From Podarcis cretensis (lineage: Eukaryota): a stretch of 64,000 nt of DNA. A program made the position numbers and the translations under genes. The notes beneath the pieces are model-generated. The model did no database searches and was not told where the DNA came from. It was given only the letters and a program-made list of their open reading frames with translations. The stretch covers positions 47,244,001 through 47,308,000 of the forward strand of contig OX638161.1 in NCBI GenBank assembly GCA_951804945.1, in the 5' to 3' direction. The first letter of the stretch is position 1; the number at the start of each line of letters is the position of its first letter. Shown piece by piece: positions 34,604-46,726 of this stretch.

Positions 34604-37600
34604 ACTAATTTGAACTTTGCCTACAAATTTCTTAAGGAAATGTTCTTCTAAGTTATCATTTTCTTTTAGCTCACCTATGGCTCATTTGCTTCAGGAGAGA
34701 GCCAATCAATGCAAAAGTCTTTTTATACCATGGTCCCAAATGAAGACCTTCAATATGCAGGGATTATCCAATTACTTCAGTACTTCAGATGGAAGTGGGT
34801 GGGGCTCTTTGTTGCCAAATATGACAGTGGAGAACATTTTTTGAAGATCCTGGAGCCATTGTTTAGCCGAAATGGAATCTGTTCAGCCTTCACAAAAAGA
34901 ATCCCACTTCAAGTTCGTATAGACGATACGGAAAAAATATCTGGTGAAATTGAAGGTATTTATGAAGGTCTCAGAGATGAAAAGGCCATTACACTTATCA
35001 TCTATGGAGATGATGGGGCAATTGCATGGCTGAGAATGGCTATCTTTATTATAGATAATAGAAATCAGACGGACACATCATTTCGGAAGGTCTGGATCAT
35101 GACAGCTCAGATAGATTTTGTATCATTTGGATTTCAGAGAAACATGGATTTTTGGCTATTTCAAGGTGCCCTTTCCTTTACAATTCACTCAGAAGAACTT
35201 CTAGAGTTCAACCACTTCCTTCAGAACATCCAAATACACAGGACCAAAGCAGATGGCTTTTTGAAGGACTTCTGGGAGCAGGCATTTGACTGTCTCTATC
35301 CTGATTCTGGTATGCTTGTCAAGGATGATGGAATGTGTACTGGAGAGGAGAGGCTGGAAAGTCTCCCTGCAGGTGTTTTTGAAATGCACATGACTGGGAA
35401 GAGCTACAGTATCTATAATGCTGCCTATGTTGTAGCTCATGCATTGCATGCCATTTTCTCATCCAGATCCCCACACAGAGCAGTGACCGTTGGCTACAGT
35501 GTTGGATTTCCATCTCTGCAGCCTTGGCAGGTAATGTTACAGAGCCAAATCTTTTTATTTCAATGGATTGATTAACTGAAGGACAGGAAGTTACTTTATA
35601 CTATGTTAGGCATCACATACACCTGTTTCAGTATTGTGTACACTGTCTGGGTTGGGCTGTCCAGGGTTTGAGACAATATGAAATTTCCAGCGTCACGTTG
35701 TGAAAAATGTGAATTTACAGTTATAATGTAGATGTATTATTATGTAAAGATTTCATATATGTATTGCAACATTAATATAAAGAGAGATAGAGAGAGATTA
35801 CCAGTGTCACCAAAGATTCTGGAGATAGGATCTGCACCCTTTCCATGCAAGGAGATGCTCAACCAGTGAGCTCCTACCCTTTACTGCCCCTCAACTGATA
35901 TGTGTAAAAAAAAAAAAAAGTTGGCAAAGTATTCTGCATCTTAGTTCTGGCAGACCCTCCAAGTGTCCCTATTTTCCAGGGATGTCCCTGATTTAGAAAA
36001 AAAACACCCCAATTTCTGATTTGATCCTGTCCCACTTTTCTTTAGAATGTCACTATTTTCATTGGTGAACTGTTGGAGAGTAGGTAGTTATTCAACCCCC
36101 AAACTGTCTGACGTCAATCATGTATAGGTAAGCTTTTTAAAATGTTGAATGTTTGATTATTATTTTTATATGTTGGAATCTGCCAGGCAACCCATTAAGA
36201 TATGCTGGGTAAATTGTAAAGTTATCATTATGGAATTGGATGACCCTATTTTCATTGTAGAAATGTTGGAGCATATGTCATGGTTACAGTCTTGCTGGTT
36301 TGCATTTCCTCTTGTGAATTGACCTTGGAATCCAGTTCAGTTGGGAACCTCAAATAATCTGATTCTTCTTTTTTAAAAACAACAACAGATCAACTCATTT
36401 CTTCAAGGTGTTTCATTTAATAACTCTGCTGGAGAAACAGTATCATTTAATGACAACAGGGAAGTGAAAGGAGGATTTGATATTATGAATTTGGTCCCAT
36501 TCGCAAACATGTCTTTCCAGAGAGTGAAAGTTGGATGGGTGGATCTCGATGATAGAGGAGAAAAAGAGTTAATCATCAATGAGAAGAAAATTCTATGGCA
36601 CCAAAGTTTTAACCAGGTAGAGTTTGTGGGAACCTCTTTGCAAAAAGAATGAATACTTTCTGCTGTTTCCTGTTCTGTCTAATATTACTTTGCAAGAAAG
36701 GGGACAAAAATTCTAGACTGCAAAAATATTTAAGAGTGCTTGGAGATCAGGAAGAAAGTCTTCCGTTTTTTGTTTTTTGTTTGCTGAATATTGAAGACTG
36801 ATTTTACCCCTTCTTTGACTTTTTTTCTTTCTATGATTGATGTAGATGAGATTTCAAGTGCTTCATCCCTTCTCAGTCACATTGATGGACTTCTTGGCTA
36901 GCTGTGGTGATCTGTCTAGTGTTTAAATGTATCTAACAAGACTTGCCAATGGCTTAAGGGTAAAACAGATTTTCCGAATGAATTTCAATTGCATTTTAGA
37001 CTCAGTTTTGACGTGGAAACTTGGTTGGTCATTCTGTGTGATTATCTGTTTTGGGAAAAAGACTGAGGAGCATGTCCATGTTAATTCTCTGTGATCTCAT
37101 CAGCTATTGATAGGATCAACCATGACAGCCTTCAGGATGTCCTCCTTAGATTGTTGTTTTTAGAGGGTGGTTTAGAGAAGTGTGCTTCTGCCCCATGGAG
37201 GCTCTTGTTTAGTGTTCTGCAGGCTATTGTTTTCTTCATCGTGTTGTTTTACATCTGTATGAACCTGCTCATTCATATGGAGATTTAGAGAGCATTGCCA
37301 GCAACATGTTGGGGACAAAAAGCTCTACTTGAGCAGATGCTGCGTGTGAGGTGCTGGATCAGTGGCTTGTTCTCTGGAATGGAGTATATGAGAGCTAATA
37401 AACAGAAGCGGAATCCAGACAGGACTAAGACTCTGTTAGTACCACCCAAGGAGGATAAATGGGAGGTGGCTTGGTCTTCTTGAGGCTTAAGTGGCCTTCT
37501 GTTGTGTACCATTTGGTAACCTCAAAGTTACGTTATTCCAATGTATTAAGGGTGGGGGGCTTTGACCATTCCGTGGTTAGCATGCTCACTGCAGCAAGAC

Positions 37601-40552
37601 TGTGTAAGCACCGAACACCAATCCTGACGTGACTAAAACAATACCAGTTACTTTCTGTATTCAGTTCAAAGTGCATGATTTGACAGAGGACTCCCTCTCC
37701 TCTCCCGTATGAATGGTCTCAGACCCTTCTTATGCCCTTTTCTATGTGGCCATTCTACAGGAGGTCCAAAGAGTGGGGCCATGATGCAAACCTGACATTC
37801 CAAATCCCTCTATTTCAACTTTGAAATCAATATTACCTTGAAAGTACACTGATAATGAAGTTACCTTCGCAGACAGGGCTAATATTGTTTTCAAAACGAC
37901 AAAAACAAAAGAAAGAAAAAGAACAGAACAGGAAAAGTGCTTTAAGGTGTAGTACGATATATAGGTGCAAAAATAATCTTTGCTGAAATACACTTTGCTG
38001 AAACATAATGTGTCTCTGTGGGTGACATATATGAATGCGATTCAACCCCCTATTCCTTTCTATAGGTGCTTCCCTTTTCTTTGTGCAATGAACCCTGCCA
38101 CTCTGGTCATCAGAAGAAAAGGAAGGAAGGGGGGAAGTTTTGTTGCTATGATTGTGCTCCATGCCCAGAGGGGAAGATCTCAAACCAGACGGGTAGGTAA
38201 AGCTTTTGCATCCTGATGAACAAAAAATGAGACAGATACACAGGCTGGGCTTGAGCTGGGCCACTTTTATTTAGTGAACATAACAAGATCAGGAGAGGAG
38301 GATAAATTCTAAAGGCAGAACTGTAGCCATTGGGTGACACAAAGGGCATTTTTTAAGACAGAACTCACCGGAGCTCAGTTCTGGCACCTCTCCAGTGGGC
38401 AACATTGGCATTCTAAGAGAATGAGGGAAGTGTTCATGGTGAGTTGAAGCTGACTGAACCCTTGCCTGACTGGTCAGTTGTGGAGCAGAGCCTGCTCCCC
38501 TTCAATACATAAATCCTGAAAGAAAGAAAAAGATCTCGGAGAGGCAAAATATTTGGAGGAAGCTCAAAACAAACTAAGGAATAGGGGGAATTAGGGGCGT
38601 AGCAATCTAATGATCACCCATGCATACTGTAATGGTTGTGAGGGGGTTAGTTGTGCGTAAATTGCCTTCAGTTTAGTTAGATTGTTTGCTCAACCATGTT
38701 TAGGATTGGAGCTCGCCCTCCGTGACCTGTTAGTCACTTGCAGAATCCGTCAGTGGGCGTTTCTTGAATCTCTTCCAGCATAAAAGCTGTTTGACCCCAA
38801 GTCTCCTCCTATGTTCCCTGCATGGAACGTGTCTGCGCAAATAAGGGGAAGGCAGGGGCGTGCCAGCGCTCTCTCCGCTAGTTTCGCTTGAAGGGTCTTG
38901 GAGCCCTGACACCGCTTCCTCCATCTCCCTCTCCTCTCTATTGGTGTCACGCTGAATACCTTCCCCCCTGCTGGTTCCCTCTCCGGCATCGCTCTGGAGC
39001 CCTGCCTCCGCTTCTCGTTCTGATGTCAGTTCCCTGACACATACCCTGAATTGACAAGAGCTATGAAAGGAAAAGCCTAAGGCCAGGAAAGGAAAGCATT
39101 TGCTACCCTACAATGTCTGGTCTCCTATTGATTTTGAAACCCTGCCTGATCCTGCTTTGCTTTGCAATATAGCTAGCAGTTTATTGCTGCTTCAGGAGCA
39201 GCAAGAGTCCTCAGGTATCATCCAGCTACGACTGTGGGAGGGAGAGAAACCAAAAGCCCCAGCAAAGGAGGAAAAACCCTGGTAGGCTGGAATGTGCTTC
39301 TTCAAAAGATAGGAACTAGCAGGCTAAAAGAGAAAGGGAGCAGAGAGAGGCCTTTGCACTAATGAACAAGCGTTACAGGGGCTGGGAATCAAATCAAAGA
39401 TTTGCTCCTCATATAAGGCCCTAAAGCAGACCTCCCCAACTCATACCACTTTAAATGCGACAATATGTTCACTGCTAGTTGGTGTGCTGTCTCTCATGGC
39501 CAATGCGCCACAAATGTGCCTTGGCAGCCAGTCCTGCTGTGGTGGAATAGCCATAATGTACAATTTGTCACAAATCATGGTTCATTCAATACGCTAGGTC
39601 AGATGAATCAAAACTGAATTTCTATTTAAGCTTTGCTTTATGTTTATCAGATATGGACGCATGTTTCATTTGCCCGGAAGATCAATATCCAAACACGAAG
39701 AGAAATGGATGCATCCCCAAAGTTATGCATTTTCTGTCCTATGAAGAACCTTTAGGGATCACTTTAGCCTCTCTTAGTGTCTTATGTTCCCTGATTACTG
39801 TTTTGGTGTTGGCTATTTTTATCCAGCACAAAGATACCCCCATAGTCATAGCCAACAACCGAGAGCTCACCTACACTCTCCTCGTCTCCCTTCTGCTCTG
39901 CTTCCTCTCCTCTTTCCTTTTTCTCGGCCAACCTTGGAAAGTGACATGTCTTCTCCAACAACCTGCTTTTGGCATCACCTTCTCTGTAGCTGTTTCTTGT
40001 GTGTTGGCAAAGACCATTATTGTTTTTCTAGCATTCATAGCCACAAAGCCAGGATCTAAGATGAAGAAATGGGTGGGAAAGAGATTGGCTCATTCTATTG
40101 TCCTTTCAGCTTCCCTCATTCAAGTGGGTATCTGTACTCTGTGGCTGACAACGTCTCCACCCTTCCCTGATCTAGACATGAAATCAGTAGCTGAAGAAAG
40201 CATTGTGCAATGTAATGTTGGGTCTGTCACCATGTTCTATTGTGTTTTAGGCTACATGGGCCTCTTGGCCCTCACCAGCTTCATTGTGGCCTTCCTGGCC
40301 CGCAAGTTACCTGACAGTTTTAATGAAGCCCAGTTCATCACTTTCAGTATGTTAGCATTTTGCAGTGTTTGGATCTCTTTTGTTCCAACCTACCTGAGCA
40401 CAAGAGGGAAATACATGGTGGCTGTAGAGATCTTCTCCATCTTGGCCTCCAGTGCTGGGTTACTGGGTTGTATCTTTTCCCCGAAATGCTACATCATGGT
40501 GCTGAGGCCTGAACTGAACAGCAGGGATCAATTAATACGAAGAAAGGATTAA
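31423..40552 (+). CDS. V2R gene C, 6 exons, about 873 aa
   Basis: Exons 31423-31634, 34129-34420, 34670-35530, 36389-36616, 38066-38192, 39651-40552 (2622 nt, open frame). GT-AG sites and V2R motifs present. Confidence 0.92.
31754..33397 (-). mobile_element. L2-clade LINE fragment in intron 1 of gene C
   Basis: Near-identical to the gene A copy, including the junction to AGAAGGAGAAGCAGCATG. Confidence 0.85.
34564..34601. repeat. (TTA)n microsatellite
   Basis: Direct reading; intron 2 of gene C. Confidence 0.9.
38628..39039 (-). mobile_element. Solo LTR of a related Gypsy family, in intron 5 of gene C
   Basis: Reverse complement begins TGTCAGGGAACTG and ends AACCATTACA, as in the 40867 element. 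Perfect 5-bp TSD CATAC (38623-38627 and 39040-39044). The empty site GCATACCCTGAA is present in genes A and B. Confidence 0.9.
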
Positions 40553-41352
40553 GCCATCTGTCTGGTCTCATCATACCCTAATGTCTGTTGGAGAAGGCAG
40601 TTGGGAGAAAATACATGCATACAACATTAGTTATAGACATTCTTATTGAAGTTATCACTACACGTCTCTTCAAAGTTTAAGTTGTATTTCAGTTTCCCTG
40701 TTAGGGTACATAAGCAAATACTTTCTTCAGTTGTCTGACATGTTGATGTGTTCCATGATGAAATATTGATCTTTAAGCTTAATTTCTTCTACATCACGTA
40801 AATATTTTTTTATTGTGATGTACTGGACTCTGTTTTCCACTCAGGCCTTCATTGGATATTGATAGCTGTCAGGGAACTGCCATCGGACCAGAGGGAGAGG
40901 GACGGCTCCAGAGGGATTCCGGAGAGCGTCCCGGGAGGGAGAGAAGCAGCCCATCTTCTGGGGAAGGAAATCAGCGTAGCACCAGTGGAGAAGGGGGGCA
41001 GATGGGGGAATTGGCGAGATGGCTCCATGACTCCTTGCCGGAGACCAGCGGGGAGAGCACGGGTCCTCCGCTGCCCACACCCTCCCTGCACAGAAGGCTT
41101 CCGCGCAGGGAGAGTAGGCAGAGACTAGGCGTCAAAGAGCTTCTTTGCTGGAAGAAGTTCAAGAAATGCCCACTGATGGATTCTTTCAGCGATTGAGACA
41201 GCCACGGGTGAGTGGCTGTCCGGAGAGAAAGGGTTCACCCAGGTACCCCAGCCAAGCATGGCGCCGACTTACACACGAGCAACCCCTAGAACCATTACAG
41301 CAATCTGTCAGTCCCTGAAGTTGCTTGTGTACAACCCCAGAAAGGCAGCACG

Positions 41353-41835
41353 ATGAGCCAAAGAGGGACAGCCGGAGAGACGGAGCAACCAGCTGCAATG
41401 CAGAGTCTGGTAGAGAGGAATCGAGACTTGGAGCAGCATGTAGCTATCCTGACGGCACGGCTGGACGAAAGATGGGCTCAGGATGCACAGGTCAGACCCA
41501 TACCCATTGCAAGGAACGTACCGTGGCTGGTACATAAGTTTGGTGGGAAGCCCCAAGATTACAATGCTTTCCGAACGGAAGTACAGTACGCTTTGGAACT
41601 GCAGAAAGATGACTTTGCTGATGACGTGGAGAGGGTGGCTTACATTGTGGGGCATCTGCAGGATGGGGCGCGCAAATGGATCAGGCCCCTGGTGGCAATG
41701 CAAAATGATGCCTTGAAGGACCTTAATAAATTCTTCCAGGCGATGGATGCGATGTACTCCAGTGAGGTAGAGCAAAGTGTGACTCGGCGGGAACTGATGG
41801 GGTGGAAGCAGGGGAGACTAATCAGCCCGGATTAA
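41353..41835 (+). pseudogene. Gypsy (sushi-like) gag, 3' truncated
   Basis: KFGGKPQDYNAFRTEVQYALELQKDDFADDVERVAYIVGHLQDGARKW. It ends at a deletion junction that removes the protease. Confidence 0.8.
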
Positions 41836-42189
41836 TCGTGGATTACAGAGCCTTGAACCTGGTCTCAGAACCCGTGACCTTCCAAATGCCCAGGATTGAC
41901 GACATGCTCAACCAGAGACAGATTTGATGTGCCCAGGAGTTCTCTAAGTTTTCCATTGAGATCAGATACGTGCCGGGAGAGGAAAATGTAAGAGCAGATG
42001 CTCTCTCCCGGAAACCAGAGTACATGGAAGGAGAGGGACCACCGGACATCCGGCACGTGTTTCCCGAAGACCGATGGGTGTGTGGGGGAGCGTTGGTTGG
42101 GAAATGAGAACTGGCAGGGCTTACTAGAGATGACGCGTTCGCTCAAGCAAAAACTCCGGGACGGAAGGGAAGACCATGGAGGGTTTGAG

Positions 42190-43430
42190 GAAAAGGAAGG
42201 GCTACTGTACTATAAGGGGGCACTGTATGTACCGGGGAAGACCTTGAGGGGGAAGGTATTGAAACAACTCCATGACAGCCCAACAGCTGGGCACTTTGGA
42301 CAGCACAAGACCATGCTGCTCGTCACCAGGCAGTTCTGGTGGCCAAAGGTGAGGGAAGACGTACGGGTATATGTACGGGGGTGCGACTGATGCCAGAGGG
42401 CAAAGGGGGAGAGGGCTGCCCCCGCAGGGTTACTGGAACCCTTACCTACACCTGGAAGGCCCTGGGAGGTGGTGTCCATTGATTTTATGACAGATTTGCC
42501 CAAGTCAAGGGGGAAGACAGCAGTCATGGTAGTAGTCGATCTACTGACAAAATGTGCCATTTCATAGCTTGCTCACATGCGGTGATGGCAGAGGAGACAG
42601 CCAGGTTGTTTGTGGATCACATTTTCAGGCTGCATGGGGCTCCCTCGAGGGTAATCTCGCATCGCGAGAAACAATTTACTTCCAGGTTCTGGAGGAAGCT
42701 CATGAGCTTGCTACAGGTCGAGGTAGGCTTCTCGACGGCAAGGCACCCAGAAACCAACGGACAAGCAGAAAGAGTGAACGGTATACTCCAGCAATACCTA
42801 CGCTGCTACGTCAGCGAGAGACAGAACGATTGGGTTGAGAAACTAGCGTTGGCTGAATTTGCGTACAATAACGCTGAACACGTGTCCACGGGAATGAGCC
42901 CATTCATGGCCAATTATGGGTGTCACCCCAGGGCCTTCCCGGGGAGGGGGGAGGAAGGATGGAGTGTACCCGCAGCTGAGCAGTTTGTAGAAGAAATGGA
43001 GGCCTTGCACCAGCAACTCCAGATGAACTTGGAGTGGGCCAAGGAAGTTTACAAGAGGCAGGCGGACAAGCACCGTCGGGAGGGGGAGGCCATACGGGTG
43101 AGAGACTGGCTGTGGTTGTCAACCCAAGGGTTACCCCTCGAGGGAGGGTGCAAGAAGTTGCAGCCGAGGCGGCTGGGGCCTTTTGAGGTAACACAGCAGG
43201 TGAACCTAGTGGCATTCAAACTCAAGTTGCCTGACAGCATGAAGATACATCCGGTGTTCCATAGGTCCCTACTTTCACCGTACAGGGAGGGGCGGGAATT
43301 TCCGGGGCGTGAGGGAGGAGTCACCACCCACCCGCTGGTAGAGGAGAGGGAACACAGCAACCACACCACGGAAATACTCGATTCAAGGTGGCGAAGTCGC
43401 CAGGTGGAGTACTTGGTGGGTCCCCGCTGA
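42190..43430 (+). pseudogene. Gypsy integrase with chromodomain remnant, disrupted
   Basis: HHCC zinc finger with an internal TGA, a frameshift near 42552, the catalytic core, RRLGPFEV...IHPVFHRSLL, and the start of a chromodomain. Confidence 0.85.
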
Positions 43431-44937
43431 ATCAATCAATGACTACTATCTGGTGGGGGAATTCCACGGTTTGTTCCCGGATAAGCCAAAACCACTAGCG
43501 AGATTCTCGGAGGAAGAATTTGGAACCACAGATGACGAAGAGGACTTTGTGGGTTTTCCTGCCTCCGAAGGGGAGGGAGGGGAGGTGTCAGAGGGAGAAG
43601 AATCAGACTGGGAGTTCCCCCTGCAGGAAGAGATATGAGCGGGTGGGAAGCTGGTTTCGAATCCTCAGAGGATGGTGACAGCTCCTTGAGGGGATTCCCC
43701 GCGTCGTCGGCTGAGGAAAGAGACAAGGTTGAATTGGAAAATCGCGTGGGGGGAAGGGAGTCCTGGGGAGGAGGTGGATGTCAGGAAACTGCCATCAGAG
43801 CCAGAGGGAGAGGAAGGGCTCCAGAGGGATTCCGGAGAGCGTCCTGGGAGGGAGAGAAGCAGCCCATCTTCTGGGGAAGGAAATCAGCGTAGCACCAGTG
43901 GAGAAGGGGGGCAGATGGGAGAATCGGCGAGGCGGTCCCATGACTCCTCGCCAGGAACCAGCGGGGAGAACATGGGTCCTCCGCTGCCCACACCCTCCCT
44001 GCGCAGAAGGCTTCCGCGCAGGGAGAGTAGGCGGAGACTAGGCGTCAAAGAGCTTCTTTGCTGGAAGAAGTTCAAGAAACGCCCACTGACGGATTCTGCC
44101 AGCGATTGAGACAACCACAGGTGAGTGGCTGTCCGGACAGAAAGGGTTCACCCAGGTACCCCAGCCAAGCATGGCGCCGACTTACGCACGAGCAACCCCT
44201 AGAACCATTACAAAGCTGTGATGGGTCCCTTCATTTCTGTATCAGAATTTCTCATTTTATTAGTTGAAAATAAAAAAAATCTATTTGTGTTTTGTTACAT
44301 GTGCTGTGGATTCTTTCTATTTCTTTACTCTGGAAGTTTTTCAACAAAGAGATGTTGTGGTTGAGTAAAACTGTCAGTATCATTTCTCTCAGTTTCTTGT
44401 TCTTTTGAACTTTAATCCATCTTTCATTTCCAAAGCAAATTGCTATATACTCATTTTTTTAAAAAACAAACAACCCAAGAACCCCTCATGATTAATTCCG
44501 TGTTTTAGTAGTCATTTCTCCTGATATACACTTTTCTCAATCCAATATTTCCTAATAGAATGGATTTTCATGTTATTTCTATAAATATATGCATTGGTTG
44601 CATATCTCCCCCAAAATGATTTATTGGAGAGCTGTGACACAAAGTACAAAGACGTTCCAATTTTCAATGATAGCTGTGTTTTGGCTTGCATATTGTGTCA
44701 AGAAAAGAGAATGTTAGTTTCTTCTTACAATGCAAAGAGAATCAAATTTCTCCACCACAAACAGCATGTCATGATTCTTTTTAATTAAGAAAATTATAGT
44801 GTAACCCAGAATTGGAAAGGAGAACCAGAACCATTTACTTGGGGTTATTTTCAGTTCATTCAGTCTATTTGATCTGGGGAAGATATTTGAGAGTATGTGA
44901 CCTATCACAAAAATCTTAGCCCTTTTCCTTATTGACT

Positions 44938-45094
44938 NNNNNNNNNNNNNNNNNNNNNNNNNNNNNNNNNNNNNNNNNNNNNNNNNNNNNNNNNNNNNNN
45001 NNNNNNNNNNNNNNNNNNNNNNNNNNNNNNNNNNNNNNNNNNNNNNNNNNNNNNNNNNNNNNNNNNNNNNNNNNNNNNNNNNNNNNNNNNNNNN
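44938..45094. other. Assembly gap (N run)
   Basis: Run of N. Confidence 0.99.
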
Positions 45095-46726
45095 TTACAG
45101 AACAATTTACCATGTTACAATTTATGTATGTACACTTCATGGAAAAAAAGAAAAAAGAAAAATATGACAACAAATAGAGAAGAAAAAACAGAAAAAAGAA
45201 AATGAAGAATAAAGATAAGAAAGAATAAAATAAACTTCCGATTGTTCTCAAAAAACTGAATCTCATTTGTTATTTTTTTGCACGGTATCATGTTGATGTC
45301 CACCATATTCATCAACCTCTGTAGGGCAGCTTTGGGAATGCTGATCTTTAGATTTGGAGTGAAATCTCATCAATATCCTGATGGAACCATGTCTTCTTCT
45401 CCCTGACGTAAGAATTAGCTGCTTGGTGGGTGTCTGGAGTCATTGATGAGCAAATTAGGGTCTGAGAATAAAGCTAAACATAGAGGTCTGTGGAGTCTTG
45501 GACCTGGGAAGCAGGAAGGTGACCTCTTCTAGATGGGCTGCCCTACCCATGACAGGACAGGTGTATCATCTAGTGCAGATATTCCAGACTGTGATTTGAA
45601 ACCTGTTGCCATCTTTGGAGGCTGCCTTCTTCTATGAAATTCATCCTGTACCCACATACTTGGTGGTAATCAATAAGCAAAGAGACATACTTCTTGGTAG
45701 ACATGTAAACGATTGTACAGGCCCTGGTCGTTAGCTTTTGCAGAGCAGGACACCTGCCTAAATCACACTGTGCATTCACAATTTGGGGAGTTGGTTACAT
45801 TAACACCCACCCATGCTGATTGTGTAGCAGTACTTGCAAGAAATATCTTCTATAGTTTTGAACTCAGATGAACCAACCTTAGGAAAGTACATCCTGGTTA
45901 CCATGGGCAAATGAACAGCAAATTATGGAAATATCAAGAACTACTAGAGAACAAGACAGAATCAAGGGAAGTCCACTGAAAGGTAGCGGGGAAACCAAAA
46001 CTTTAAAAGACTCCACAGATTTCTGTTGTCTGGGGTTGAAACAAATCACATTTGATTCACAGCCCTGACTTCATTCATTGGTTGAGAACGCTGACAAAAG
46101 CAACCAAGGATGCTCATATCTAAAAAAAGAATACAGAAAAGTGTAACTCAACATGTCATGGTTTCCTTCTGGGAGATATTGAGGATTACTTTTTAAAAAT
46201 TCAGAGTCTGGAGCCCTTGTCTGGGGTTCACTCACCATTGAACTTTTCACTCAATTTCCCCTGTCTGAGTCCTTCAGGGACCAGAGCCAACTTGTTATTC
46301 CATCTGGAAAAAATAAGTAAAAAAGGAAAAAGTTTTTGAGCAAAAGTGCTGCTCAAACTCCAAATTATAATGAAGTAATTATCTCCCTCTGCAATTATCT
46401 AGATCATAATAATTCGTTCAGCTAGACATAGCTCTCAAGTGTTTCCTAAGGACATCAGGAAACCGTCAACAACCCAGCATAGTAAGAGTATTAAATATGC
46501 TCCTGTGCCAGTCAGACATAGGAGTGTGGGGTATTGTGAGAGGGGGAGTCAACATTTGTTTTATGATTATAATGGAGTTTTAATCATTTAAGTTCATATT
46601 CAAAGCATTTGTACACCTGCTCGTGCTAAAAATAAGACTCACAGTGCATCCTCCAAGACGGTTGAGTTGAGACAGGGGATGTGTTTGGACAACTCTGCAT
46701 CTTCCAAGAGAGATTTTGAAGCTACC

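Larger units (their letters stand above)
40867..44212 (+). mobile_element. Internally deleted Ty3/Gypsy chromovirus (Tf1/sushi-like) with two LTRs
   Basis: LTRs 40867-41299 and 43779-44212 (TG...CA; about 27 substitutions and 1 indel by eye). Polypurine tract GGGGAGGAGGTGGA before the 3' LTR. gag at 41353-41835. RT fragment DYRALN..MPRIDDML is fused directly to the RNase H end YVPGEENVRADALSR. Integrase HHCC (HDSPTAGH...CD*C), core motif HPETNGQAERVN, GPF motif, and a truncated chromodomain ILDSRWRSRQVEYLV. Imperfect TSD ATAGC/A-AGC. The empty site TTGGTAGCTGTGATGG is present in the paralogues. Confidence 0.93.

Noticed and set aside
41353-41835. Domesticated sushi-derived gene (PEG10/RTL1-like)
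   Set aside because: It is flanked by two LTRs and a TSD, truncated by a deletion, and the pol region carries stops and frameshifts.
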